64,000 nucleotides of DNA from Candidatus Omnitrophota bacterium (lineage in GTDB: Bacteria; Omnitrophota; Gorgyraeia; Zapsychrales; JANLHA01), in assembly GCA_040753435.1 (NCBI GenBank), contig JBFMEN010000069.1:47551-111550 (forward strand). The letters run 5' to 3'. Below are positions 19,563 through 28,925 of this stretch, piece after piece. The notes under the pieces were generated by a model. It searched no databases. It had not been told where the DNA came from and saw only the letters and a program-made list of their open reading frames with translations. Both the position numbers and the translations under genes were made by a program. Every line of letters starts with the position of its first letter. The stretch's first letter is position 1.

Positions 19563-20422
19563 TCGACTGGCCGATCGGAATTTCGACAGGTTGTTTTTAT
19601 GAGAAGTCAATTTTTGACTGCCTTGAAGCAATAATGTCCAATGGCTTCTCGATCCTTGAAATCAGCTCGGCGCTGCAGCATTTAAATTATCACGATCGGG
19701 GAATGGTTCAGAGCGTTGCAAAAACTATCAAAGAATTGGGGATGGAGGCTTATTCCTTCCACGCCCCCTTTAGCGATGACATTGATATCGCCGCTCTTGA
19801 TGAGGCTCATTATGAGCGATCAGTCAATGAAATCATGCTTGCTATCGAGGCGGCTTCCATCTTAAATACTCGTTATTTTCTGCTTCATCCTGGCCCAAGC
19901 AGAGAATCTCGGCAGGCAGAAAACGAGTACTATCAACGAATGACACGGGTATCGGAAGCGATAAAAAAGATGGCCAGGCAATGCAAGAAACTGGGAATGC
20001 TGTTGATTTTGGAAAATATGCTCCCACATCTTTTATTTAGCAGCCCAAAGGACATTCTCTGGATCATCGGATCAGTTGAAGAAACGAATATCGGGATCTG
20101 CCTGGATACGGGACACGCGTTTCTGTCCGACGAGCTTTATGCGATCGCTCATAAGTTCGCAGGTCACACGCAGCTGATTCACGCTCATGATAATTACGGG
20201 AAACACGATGATCATCTCCCGCCCGGGAAAGGAAGGATAGATTGGAAATATTTTTTAAGAGAAGCGGCGGAATCAGGCTTTAACGGAGGGTTGATCATTG
20301 AATTGAACAAGGGAGATAAAAGTACTGAAAAAATTCTTGAAGAGGCCAGGCATTCTCGGGCTTTGATGAGAGAAATTCTCAGGGAGATTGAATTGACTTT
20401 GCCGCCAATTTCTGGGGAATAG
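19559..20422 (+). CDS. Xylose-isomerase-like TIM barrel (sugar phosphate isomerase/AP endonuclease 2 family)
   Basis: SFHAPF, LHPG, LENM, CLDTGHA, IHAHDN...DDHLPPGKG.IDW, IIE; ATGA overlap with upstream gene. Confidence 0.85.
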   Translation: MIDWPIGISTGCFYEKSIFDCLEAIMSNGFSILEISSALQHLNYHDRGMVQSVAKTIKELGMEAYSFHAPFSDDIDIAALDEAHYERSVNEIMLAIEAASILNTRYFLLHPGPSRESRQAENEYYQRMTRVSEAIKKMARQCKKLGMLLILENMLPHLLFSSPKDILWIIGSVEETNIGICLDTGHAFLSDELYAIAHKFAGHTQLIHAHDNYGKHDDHLPPGKGRIDWKYFLREAAESGFNGGLIIELNKGDKSTEKILEEARHSRALMREILREIELTLPPISGE

Positions 20423-20434
20423 AGGGATTCAATC

Positions 20435-21115
20435 ATGGCGAAAAGGTGTTTGAGGGGAAATATCCGTTTATTGTTTTTGGTTGTCGTGATCTTTAATTAC
20501 TTAATCGTCTCAGATTCCATGGCATTCACCAGGAATGACGCGCAATTGTGGACGGCCGTCATGTTAAAAATGCATATGTCTTATGACAACTATCTTTACC
20601 TGGGGCGAGAGTTTCGCTTCGGGAATCATTGTAAGGAAGTGATTTATCGTTACACAGAAGGCGGGGTTTCGTTTGAGAAATATGAATGGGTTCATATAGC
20701 CATGCTTTATCGTTACGGGACACGTAAAAAAGACGGCGTCTGGGAAGAGGAAAGCACGCCGCATTTAAATGTCACATTTATTAAACGGACAGATTCGATC
20801 TTTTTAAGCACAAGAAATCGTATCGAATACGAAATGTTACGGAAGACAAAAGATATTTGGCGTTACAGGAACAAGATTATTATCGGGATCCCGATGAAAT
20901 GGAATAAAAAGGAATTAAGACCCTATGTCGCTGACGAATTCTTTATCGATTTTGATCAAGACTGCCATAACATCAATCAAATATCGGGAGGGATCAGGTT
21001 TGAGCTAGTTGAAAATTTTCTAGCAGATGTTTTCTGCTTATGGCAAAGCAGGGTGGATCGCAATTGGGAATCGCCAGATCATGTCGTCGGGATGAATTTG
21101 GAGCTGACGTTTTAA
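20435..21115 (+). CDS. DUF2490-like outer-membrane beta-barrel protein
   Basis: Signal peptide, [27 protein letters not shown], terminal LELTF. Confidence 0.7.
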   Translation: MAKRCLRGNIRLLFLVVVIFNYLIVSDSMAFTRNDAQLWTAVMLKMHMSYDNYLYLGREFRFGNHCKEVIYRYTEGGVSFEKYEWVHIAMLYRYGTRKKDGVWEEESTPHLNVTFIKRTDSIFLSTRNRIEYEMLRKTKDIWRYRNKIIIGIPMKWNKKELRPYVADEFFIDFDQDCHNINQISGGIRFELVENFLADVFCLWQSRVDRNWESPDHVVGMNLELTF

Positions 21116-21128
21116 GCCGGAAATAGAT

Positions 21129-22676
21129 ATGGTTCAATCAGATTATCAGACAGCAGAAGGAATTTTATTTACTGACTTTTATCAGTTAACCATGGCCCAG
21201 CTATATTTTAAACTTGGCTGGCATGAAAAAGAGGTCCAGTTTGATTATTTTTTCAGGAACTATCCGGATTATGGGACTCATCAGGCCGGATATTGCATTA
21301 ATGCTGGGCTGGAGTGGCTCCTTGACTGGATGCGCCATATCAGGTTTGAGCAATCAGACTTGGAGTTACTCAAGATTCATTTGAACAAAGCGGGAAGGCA
21401 GATCTTTGATAATAATTTTATTGATTGGCTGGGAGTCCATGGCTCATTTGACCATATCACCCTTTGGGCTATCCCTGAGGGAAGAGTTGTCCACGCGAAT
21501 ACGCCTTTAGCCGTTGTTCGCGGACCATTTGTAATGACCCAGTTGCTTGAAACATCATTATTGAATCATTTGAACTATCAGACCCTCGTGGCGACTAAGG
21601 CGGCCAGAATCAAGTATGCCGGAAGGAACCGGCCTTTAATCGGATTCGGAATGCGGCGGGGACAAGGCGAGGGCGTAAATGCCGGGACCCGCGCGGAATT
21701 AATTGGCGGGGCGGATTTTTCATCCAATACCGGGATGTCATATATTTTGGGTTATCCCCCTGTGGGTACGCATGCCCATAGCATGATTCAGGCATTTATT
21801 GCCATGGGGGAGGGAGAGCTTGGGGCATTTGAGGCCTATGCCGATCTTTATCCGGATGACTGCGTTTTGCTGGTTGACACTGTCAATACCCTTGAAAGCG
21901 GTTTGCCCAATGCCATAAAAGTTTTTGAAAAATTAAAAAGGTATGGACATGAGCCGGCCGGAATACGTCTTGACTCTGGAGATTTGGCTTATTTGAGTAT
22001 TCAAGCTGCCAGGATGCTTGACCAGGCTGGTTTTCCAAGAACCTCGATTGTTTTGTCCAATCAGCTTGATGAGCTGATCCTGTGGCAGATCATCAATCAG
22101 ATCATAATTGAGGCGCCTCGTTACCAAATGGATCCAGACAGAATTATTGACCGGCTTATTTTTGGGGTTGGAACCAAGCTTATAGTCTCGGCAGGCGCCC
22201 CGGCCCTTGATGGTGTTTATAAATTATCTGCAATCAAAGAAAATGGCCAATGGGTGCCGTCACTTAAAATTTCCGAAAATACGTCGAAGACCCTGATCCC
22301 CGGTTTTAAACATCTGTTTCGCATTTATGATCAGAGGAAGAAAGCTGAGGCTGATGTCATGACCCTGAACGAAGAGGTAGTCTTTATAAATGGGCAACTC
22401 AGGATACATCATTCTATGGACATGAGTCTTTCAAGGATTATCGAAGAAAAGAATGTTCTAAAAACTGAGTCGCTTCTTTCTTTGATTTTAGAGAATGGGA
22501 AGATGGTATATCAGTGTCCTCCCATTGACCAGATTCGTCATCAGCGCGATAACGATTTGGCTTGTCTGGATGAAGGCGTGAAAAGGATTATCAATCCCCA
22601 TCGTTATCATGTTTCGCTGGATGATGGCCTCTGGGACCTAAAAAACAATCTGGTTAAACGATATTCAAACAGGTGA
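21129..22676 (+). CDS. pncB: Nicotinate phosphoribosyltransferase
   Basis: [47 protein letters not shown]. Confidence 0.93.
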   Translation: MVQSDYQTAEGILFTDFYQLTMAQLYFKLGWHEKEVQFDYFFRNYPDYGTHQAGYCINAGLEWLLDWMRHIRFEQSDLELLKIHLNKAGRQIFDNNFIDWLGVHGSFDHITLWAIPEGRVVHANTPLAVVRGPFVMTQLLETSLLNHLNYQTLVATKAARIKYAGRNRPLIGFGMRRGQGEGVNAGTRAELIGGADFSSNTGMSYILGYPPVGTHAHSMIQAFIAMGEGELGAFEAYADLYPDDCVLLVDTVNTLESGLPNAIKVFEKLKRYGHEPAGIRLDSGDLAYLSIQAARMLDQAGFPRTSIVLSNQLDELILWQIINQIIIEAPRYQMDPDRIIDRLIFGVGTKLIVSAGAPALDGVYKLSAIKENGQWVPSLKISENTSKTLIPGFKHLFRIYDQRKKAEADVMTLNEEVVFINGQLRIHHSMDMSLSRIIEEKNVLKTESLLSLILENGKMVYQCPPIDQIRHQRDNDLACLDEGVKRIINPHRYHVSLDDGLWDLKNNLVKRYSNR

Positions 22677-22711
22677 ACGCGTTATTTTTTAAATCGACAA
22701 GGAGGAAAATC

Positions 22712-22999
22712 ATGGCAAGAAGAAAAGAATCACCGGAGGCTTTTGAAGAAAAAAAGACCACAAAAAAGAAAATCCCAACGGCGACGACAGCTGCTCGTGT
22801 GAACAAAAAAACCACAGAGGGTAAAACAATTCCTTCGGAGGATATTTGTGAACCCGGGTTTGATAAGTATGCCAGGGTCAAGGATGTGGCTTATTATCTT
22901 TATGTCAATCGTGGGCGAGTTCCTGGCCATGAATTGTCTGACTGGCTCGAAGCCGAAAAGATTGTCAAAGAAGAGATAGGGGACAGGTGCCGGGTGTGA
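22712..22999 (+). CDS. DUF2934-domain small protein with Lys-rich N-terminus
   Basis: AYYLYVNRGRVPGHELSDWLEAE; AAGGAGG RBS before ATG 22712. Confidence 0.75.
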   Translation: MARRKESPEAFEEKKTTKKKIPTATTAARVNKKTTEGKTIPSEDICEPGFDKYARVKDVAYYLYVNRGRVPGHELSDWLEAEKIVKEEIGDRCRV

Positions 23000-23000
23000 G

Positions 23001-23732
23001 ATGACGAGTAATATTTACGTTGGGACATCGGGGTGGCATTATCGTCATTGGGTGGGAATATTTTATCCGGAAGGAATGCCGGGAAGCGATTTTCTCGACT
23101 ATTACAAGACTTATTTCAAGACAGTCGAGATCAACAATACGTTTTACCGGATGCCTAAAGAATCGACCGTTGATTACTGGAGAGTGTCAGCGCCGGAGGA
23201 CTTTATTTTTTCAGTTAAGGCGAGCCGGTATCTCACCCATATTAAAAAACTAAAAGGTCCGAGCGAAGGGTTTAATGAATTCTTACAGATTATCTCCCGC
23301 CTTGGAGATCATTTGGGGCCGGTTCTCTTTCAGCTCCCGCCGAAGTGGGGATGTGACATCGTGCGGCTGAAATCATTCGTGTCGAAACTCACGAAGGAAT
23401 ACCGTTACGCTTTTGAGTTCAGAAATGCTGATTGGTTTAATCATGATGTTTATCAAATTCTCATAGATCATAATATAGCCTTTTGCATTTATGATTTCAA
23501 TCGCCAAAGATCGCCGATGGAGCTCACGGCGGATTTCGTGTATGTCCGGCTTCATGGGCCGGAAGGAGCCTACCAAGGCTCCTATGATCGTACAAGTTTG
23601 TCCCAATGGGCGGTGGAAATAAAGACATGGAGAGATTCGGGGAAATCTGTGTATTGCTATTTTGATAATGATCAGAAAGGTTTTGCGGTCAGGAACGCGA
23701 TGACCCTTATTAAAATGCTTGAAGAGAGTTAA
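23001..23732 (+). CDS. DUF72 (YecE-like) TIM-barrel protein
   Basis: YVGTSGWHY..W...FYP, TVEINNTFYRMP, LFQLPP, EFRN, YVRLHG, YFDND. Confidence 0.92.
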   Translation: MTSNIYVGTSGWHYRHWVGIFYPEGMPGSDFLDYYKTYFKTVEINNTFYRMPKESTVDYWRVSAPEDFIFSVKASRYLTHIKKLKGPSEGFNEFLQIISRLGDHLGPVLFQLPPKWGCDIVRLKSFVSKLTKEYRYAFEFRNADWFNHDVYQILIDHNIAFCIYDFNRQRSPMELTADFVYVRLHGPEGAYQGSYDRTSLSQWAVEIKTWRDSGKSVYCYFDNDQKGFAVRNAMTLIKMLEES

Positions 23733-23869
23733 TTTTTACAGGTTTTCTTTGCCTTCGGAAAAGGTTAAATTGCAGGGAATGTATTCTTATGCGATTTATT
23801 TCAATTTAAAAAACAAGTGCAGGGAGTTTTGTTAAAAGATTTTAAAAGGTTAAATGAGGGCTGTTAAAG

Positions 23870-24604
23870 ATGATGGGTCGCGTGAAAGAATTAATTTTAA
23901 TCGGCATTATCTTACTGATAGACTTGCCTTCAGTTTATGCGGCCCCGGTGGGTAACCGAATTCATCAACCATTGACCGGAGATACTAAAGGCGGTCTTTT
24001 GATGGAAGGTTCAGGTAAATCAATAACAGCAGGGTATATTTTTGATTGTGTCTTTGACCGCTCTCTTGATAACAATAGCGGAGAACTTAAAGATTTCAGG
24101 GGAAACTTCGTCACAATTTCTTATCCGGTTACAACCAATATGGATTTCTACGGATTGCTGGGGCTGATTGAATTCAGGATGAAGGAGAAACAGCCTGTTG
24201 TTAAAGAGTTTGAGACGAATCAAAATCTCGCACTTGGATTAGGTGCCTGGATTCATTTATTTAAGACTGCACGAAATATGTCGATTGATCTGGATGCAAA
24301 GTTCCGTCGTTCAAAGGGCGATGTTGATTTTATTGTCGGTCCTGAAGGGGACGTTGTTTATAAGGACTGGCAGGCCGCATTCGTGATTTCACGACCATAT
24401 GAACTGTTTACGCCCTATTTTGCAATCAGATACGGAAATATCGAGATAGGCAGCGTGGGTGATTTTGGAACCCAGCACAGTAATTATCTTTGGGGAACAT
24501 TGGTTGGGTTACGGCTTAACCGGATGGAAGAAATTTTTATGTCAATAGAGGCAAGGTTTGTTGATGAATTGGCGATGACCGCTCAATTCAATTATCAATT
24601 CTAA
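23870..24604 (+). CDS. Outer-membrane beta-barrel protein with chlamydial MOMP-like motifs
   Basis: Signal peptide then APVGN; AGYIFDCVFDR; YKDWQ; FTPY; EARFVDE; terminal F. Confidence 0.65.
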   Translation: MMGRVKELILIGIILLIDLPSVYAAPVGNRIHQPLTGDTKGGLLMEGSGKSITAGYIFDCVFDRSLDNNSGELKDFRGNFVTISYPVTTNMDFYGLLGLIEFRMKEKQPVVKEFETNQNLALGLGAWIHLFKTARNMSIDLDAKFRRSKGDVDFIVGPEGDVVYKDWQAAFVISRPYELFTPYFAIRYGNIEIGSVGDFGTQHSNYLWGTLVGLRLNRMEEIFMSIEARFVDELAMTAQFNYQF

Positions 24605-24641
24605 TTATTTTTTAACATTGAGCCGTCGGAAGGAGATTTTC

Positions 24642-25097
24642 ATGAAAATAAACGAAATTATGACAAAGGGCGTAGAAGTTATTAGTTCGGATGCCACAAT
24701 TAAACAGGCCGCCGACCGGATGCGTGTTCTTAATGTTGGTGCCCTGCCGGTTAGAAGCAATGGCACGTTAATTGGAATTTTAACGGATCGTGATATTACA
24801 GTCCGGGCTATTGCCGAGGGGCGGAACCCCGAGTCCACTCCCGTAAATGAGATCATGAGCAGAGAAATCCAATGGTGTTACGATGATCAGGATGTTCAAG
24901 AGGCATCTCGTTTGATGAAAGAAAAACAGATACGACGTCTTTTGATAAAAGATCGTAATGAGCAGATTTCCGGAATCGTTTCACTTGGCGATATCAGCAC
25001 CCATGCCCCGTCAGAGTTAACGGGAGAAACGACAAAGGAAATCTCAGAACCGTCACATCCTGAACGCGAGACCGGGTTTGGAGAAACACGATTATGA
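24642..25097 (+). CDS. CBS-pair protein (Hrp1/YhcV-like)
   Basis: IMTK, VGALPV, GILTDRDI, IRRL, GIVSLGDI; AAGGAG RBS. Confidence 0.9.
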   Translation: MKINEIMTKGVEVISSDATIKQAADRMRVLNVGALPVRSNGTLIGILTDRDITVRAIAEGRNPESTPVNEIMSREIQWCYDDQDVQEASRLMKEKQIRRLLIKDRNEQISGIVSLGDISTHAPSELTGETTKEISEPSHPERETGFGETRL

Positions 25098-25127
25098 ATT
25101 CGGGTATAAGAAAAAGGAGGTTGATTG

Positions 25128-25865
25128 ATGCTTAGAAGCGTCATGGGAATAAAAGACTACCGGCTGCAGGCGCGTGACGGACTCTTGGGCAGGGTCGATG
25201 ATTTCTTCTTTGATGATGAAAAATGGGGAGTGCGTTACCTGGTTGTGGACACGAATATCTGGCTTCCTGGAAAGACAGTTCTTATTGCGCCCGCCAGTTT
25301 TGCAGGCCGTCCCGACTGGGAATCTAAAAGTTTCCCGGTCGCATTAACCAGGGAGGAAGTCCGCAATTCTCCTGATGTCGACGTTCATCAACCTGTTTCA
25401 CGCCAAAAGGAAATTGAAGTGAATTATTACTATGGCTGGCCAAGTTATTGGTATGCACCCGGCCAGGGGGAAGTTATCCCGACCATTCCATTACCGGATG
25501 GCATGACCTCTCATGTTCAAATGAAGGAAACAGACTCCCATTTAAGAAGTCTTAATGAGGTGGCAGGTTATCATATTATGGCAGTTGACGGTGAAATAGG
25601 GCATCTTGATGACGTTATTGTGAGTGATGAAGACTGGTCGATTCGGTATGCGGTTGCGGACACAAGGAATTGGTTGCCGGGTAAAAGGGTGTTGATCGCG
25701 ATTTCATGGATCAAAAAGTTCGACTGGGGTATGCGAAAGGTGCATATCGATTTGACAAAGGAGCGAATAAAGCACAGTCCTCCGTATGATCCTTCCGCTC
25801 CAATTAATAGAGAGTTGGAGGAGGCGCTTTTTGACTATTATGGGAGGCCGAGACACTGGCTTTAA
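25128..25865 (+). CDS. Tandem PRC-barrel protein
   Basis: ARDG..GRVDDFFFDDEKWGVRYLVVDT..WLPG; HLRS..EV.GYHI.A.DGEIGH; AGGAGG RBS. Confidence 0.88.
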   Translation: MLRSVMGIKDYRLQARDGLLGRVDDFFFDDEKWGVRYLVVDTNIWLPGKTVLIAPASFAGRPDWESKSFPVALTREEVRNSPDVDVHQPVSRQKEIEVNYYYGWPSYWYAPGQGEVIPTIPLPDGMTSHVQMKETDSHLRSLNEVAGYHIMAVDGEIGHLDDVIVSDEDWSIRYAVADTRNWLPGKRVLIAISWIKKFDWGMRKVHIDLTKERIKHSPPYDPSAPINRELEEALFDYYGRPRHWL

Positions 25866-25895
25866 CAATGGAATTTTTTAAGTTGGGATTTTGAT

Positions 25896-26540
25896 ATGTT
25901 CTTAGACCGGAAAGATGCCGGCGAAAAACTGGCAGAAAATTTAAATAAGTTCGAAAATGCCAGCAACACTGTTGTCATGGCAATCCCATATGGAGGAATT
26001 ATCATCGGTTCGATCGTAGCTGATCGTCTCAATATTCCTTTCGAAATGTTAATCGTACGGAAACTTCCTTTGCCGTACAATTCAGAATCAGGGTTCGGCG
26101 CTGTTTCTGAAGACGGAAGTGTTTATATTATAGATGAAGCAGCTTATATGTTGCCCGAAAATGATATTCGCCGTATTCAGGCAGAACAAATTGAGGAAGT
26201 TAAAAAGAGAAAAAAAATGCTGCGAAACAACCGGGAGCTTCCGGAACTGAGAGGAAAGACCGTTATTCTCATTGATGATGGTTTGGCGATGGGATCGACA
26301 ATGCGAGTCGCTGTTTGTTGTTGCCGCTTTAAAAGAGCTGATCGTATTGTTGTTGCTGTTCCGGTTGCAGGCGAGGAGGTTGCCGGCGAGTTCGAGAGGC
26401 TCGTGGATGAAGTAGTTGTTCTTGAAAAACCTAAAAATTTCAGGGCGGTTGCCCAGGTTTATCAAAACTGGCATGATGTTTCGGAAGAAGAGGCGCGGGC
26501 GACTCTTAGGCACTATTATTTTTTAAATAAATCGCCTTAA
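25896..26540 (+). CDS. Type I phosphoribosyltransferase-family protein (Rv0571c-like)
   Basis: MFLDRKDAG, IPYGG, VRKL, VILIDDGLAMGSTM, VVAVPVA, FRAVAQVY. Confidence 0.85.
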   Translation: MFLDRKDAGEKLAENLNKFENASNTVVMAIPYGGIIIGSIVADRLNIPFEMLIVRKLPLPYNSESGFGAVSEDGSVYIIDEAAYMLPENDIRRIQAEQIEEVKKRKKMLRNNRELPELRGKTVILIDDGLAMGSTMRVAVCCCRFKRADRIVVAVPVAGEEVAGEFERLVDEVVVLEKPKNFRAVAQVYQNWHDVSEEEARATLRHYYFLNKSP

Positions 26541-26542
26541 AC

Positions 26543-26722
26543 GATTCACTGAAGATGCTGCCTGCTGAAGCACTTCCGAACGCTTTCTCAAAAAGCCATA
26601 TCGACTGATTGTCATAAGAAGATTGGGAGATTGATGAAAAGTTATTCATGCTCCAGGAGTTCGAGCGGTTTGACAGTAATATCATTCATGAAGAACGCAA
26701 AAGAATTATCCGGGATCTGTAA
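26543..26722 (+). pseudogene. Possible decayed 3' fragment of a hemerythrin-like gene
   Basis: One frame reads SHID*LS*EDWEIDEKLFMLQEFERFDSNIIHEERKRIIRDL*, resembling HID...EKMIEDFIDFDRQFVH of 5396-5971. Confidence 0.35.
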
Positions 26723-26808
26723 GATCAAAGTGAATAATTTTCTTTTCATGGCGACATTCATCCTTTATCATAATATAAAAACGTATTGATTAAAGGAAAG
26801 GAAGGCCT

Positions 26809-27342
26809 ATGTCAACGCTTGGGCAAAAAACTGAGGCGAACTTGAAGGCTGCCTTTGCAGGTGAATCACAGGCAAGGAACAAGTACACGTATTTTGCGAA
26901 AGTCGCTCGAAATGAGGGTTTTCACTATATTGCAAAGATATTCGAGGAAACTGCTGAAAATGAATGTCAGCATGCCAAGGACGAATTCAAAATGCTGAAT
27001 GGGATCGGCAATACTGAAGCAAATCTGATCGAAGCGATTAGCGGAGAGTGTTACGAAACCCAGCAGATGTATCCGTCTTTTGTTAAAGATGCCGAGGCGG
27101 AAGGCAATGATGCTGCGGCATCGCTTTTCCGACAGATTGCCAAGGTAGAGGCGCACCATGAATTACGATACCGTAAACTGCTGGAGATGGTTAAGGCTGG
27201 TACGGTTTTTAAACGTGAAAACCCAATTCAGTGGAAATGTTCAAAATGCGGCTACGTTATCGAAGGCAAGGAGCCGCCGTCAAAATGTCCTTCATGCAAA
27301 CATCCTTTAGAATATTTTGAGCCCGCGAACTTGGAGTTTTGA
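26809..27342 (+). CDS. rbr: Rubrerythrin with C-terminal rubredoxin-like domain
   Basis: NLKAAFAGESQARNKY, ENE..HA, VEAHHE, WKCSKCGY...CPSCKHP. Confidence 0.93.
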   Translation: MSTLGQKTEANLKAAFAGESQARNKYTYFAKVARNEGFHYIAKIFEETAENECQHAKDEFKMLNGIGNTEANLIEAISGECYETQQMYPSFVKDAEAEGNDAAASLFRQIAKVEAHHELRYRKLLEMVKAGTVFKRENPIQWKCSKCGYVIEGKEPPSKCPSCKHPLEYFEPANLEF

Positions 27343-27346
27343 CAGC

Positions 27347-27565
27347 ATGGCTGGAATCAAGGATTTGATTGAATGGGACTATTGCGGCGCGCATTACAGT
27401 GCTTATATAAAGCATTATGTGGATGACGACGGGCGTAAAGGGATGATTCTGATCTTTGAAGATACAACTCATCAAAAAGTCACCGAGATCGTCATCCCTT
27501 CAAGAAAATTTCCCGAGTTTTTGAGGGCCATTAATGATGGTATGTGGCAGGGCCCGAGAATCTAA
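27347..27565 (+). CDS. Small hypothetical protein
   Basis: Open frame filling the gap between rbr and the next gene; GGAG upstream. Confidence 0.5.
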   Translation: MAGIKDLIEWDYCGAHYSAYIKHYVDDDGRKGMILIFEDTTHQKVTEIVIPSRKFPEFLRAINDGMWQGPRI

Positions 27566-27574
27566 AAAGATTTC

Positions 27575-27913
27575 ATGGGGTTTGCAATGCTTACGATCAT
27601 GCTGCTGCTTTTATCAAATATTTTTATGACCTTTGCCTGGTATGGTCATCTAAAATATAAGAGCTCGCCATTATTTGTGGCGATCTTTGCCAGCTGGCTG
27701 ATTGCCTTTATCGAATATTGTTTTCAAGTCCCCGCAAACCGTATCGGCCATGGCGTTTTCAGCGCCCCTCAGCTAAAAGCGATCCAGGAGATTATCACGC
27801 TTTCCGTTTTTGTTGTTTTTTCGATCGTTTATTTAAAAGAAGGATTGAGATGGAACGATCTCGCCGGCTTTATTTTGATTGTTTTTGCCGCTTTTCTTAT
27901 CTTTCAAAAATAA
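27575..27913 (+). CDS. DMT-superfamily small membrane protein (DUF486 type)
   Basis: SNIFMTFAWYGHLK, EYCFQVPANRIG, QLK.IQE.ITL.VF. Confidence 0.9.
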   Translation: MGFAMLTIMLLLLSNIFMTFAWYGHLKYKSSPLFVAIFASWLIAFIEYCFQVPANRIGHGVFSAPQLKAIQEIITLSVFVVFSIVYLKEGLRWNDLAGFILIVFAAFLIFQK

Positions 27914-27973
27914 ATTTATTAATTGAATATGAGTATTATTTTTTTCTCCTCATGATAAAATATTATAAAAATT

Positions 27974-28822
27974 ATGAGCAATGCCGCGCTTTTTACCAAG
28001 AGTTATAAAAAACGAAGAAAACCCATATGGCTGGGGTTATTGCAAGGCTTTCTTTTTATTCTTTTTGCCGCCGTTTTTGCTTCAACAGTCTATCACGCCT
28101 TTCAGGTTCAGCTGTTCAACTTGATTTCTGATACGCTCCTTCTGGATGCCAAATTTTTATTTTTTCTCATCCTAAATGTTTTTATTGTCGGCGGGGCAAG
28201 TCTCGTCCTGATTTATCAGTGGGCGGAAAGGGACAACATCCGTTTTCGCGCTCAACAGCTGGCTTATCGCAGTTTGTTAGTTTCACCGGATTACTATCGA
28301 AGTATCAGACGGGTGAGAATCGATCAGGTCATTACTGATATTACAAAAGACGGGCGGAAATTGGCCATTGATAACAATTTGAAAGATTCCGACTTTATTG
28401 CCATAGATGACACTTTAATTGTAAAAAAAGCCAGGCAAACCAACATTTCTTTTAAAGACGGCAAGCTCGATGGCAATTTTAAAACTTATTTTAATAATGG
28501 AAATCTCCTCGCCGATATAAATTATAAGGATGGTAAATTGGAGGGCTCTTGTTGCGTTTATTATCCAAATGGAATTCATCACAATGAGAAGCAGTTTAAA
28601 CGGGGCCAGCTCCATGGTGTTTTCAGGGCATGGGATGAAGAAGGCGCCCTGTTTTTTGAGATTGAATATCAGAACGATGTGCAGCATGGATGCGACAAGA
28701 TTTATCGTAAAAACGGTATTATGGAATATGAGGACACTTATGAGTATGGAAAACTTATTATGCGAAAGATTTTTGATGAAAGCGGGCGTTTTAAATATTA
28801 CCAGAAATACAATGCCGGTTAG
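27974..28822 (+). CDS. Two-TM membrane protein with MORN-variant (YwqK-like) repeats
   Basis: Two hydrophobic helices then repeats F/YKDGKL.G....Y..NG. Confidence 0.75.
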   Translation: MSNAALFTKSYKKRRKPIWLGLLQGFLFILFAAVFASTVYHAFQVQLFNLISDTLLLDAKFLFFLILNVFIVGGASLVLIYQWAERDNIRFRAQQLAYRSLLVSPDYYRSIRRVRIDQVITDITKDGRKLAIDNNLKDSDFIAIDDTLIVKKARQTNISFKDGKLDGNFKTYFNNGNLLADINYKDGKLEGSCCVYYPNGIHHNEKQFKRGQLHGVFRAWDEEGALFFEIEYQNDVQHGCDKIYRKNGIMEYEDTYEYGKLIMRKIFDESGRFKYYQKYNAG

Positions 28823-28843
28823 TTTTTCTTTCCTCGAGACAAG

Positions 28844-28871
28844 TTGAAAAAAATAAAATAACGTTTATAAT
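28844..28871 (+). promoter_or_regulatory. Sigma70-like promoter of ldhA
   Basis: TTGAAA-N16-TATAAT. Confidence 0.55.
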
Positions 28872-28925
28872 TTTTTATGCGCAGTTGACGACTAATATGA
28901 CAGGAGCGGCGAAAGAAAGGGTTCT

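Noticed and set aside
23771-23825. Direct repeat TGCAGGGA spaced 47 nt apart upstream of the MOMP-like gene
   Set aside because: Only two 8-bp copies, with no consistent downstream element; could be chance.
26543-26722. Stop-codon recoding (TGA read-through) in the remnant frame
   Set aside because: A TAA also interrupts the frame, and TGA acts as a normal stop for many genes in the window.
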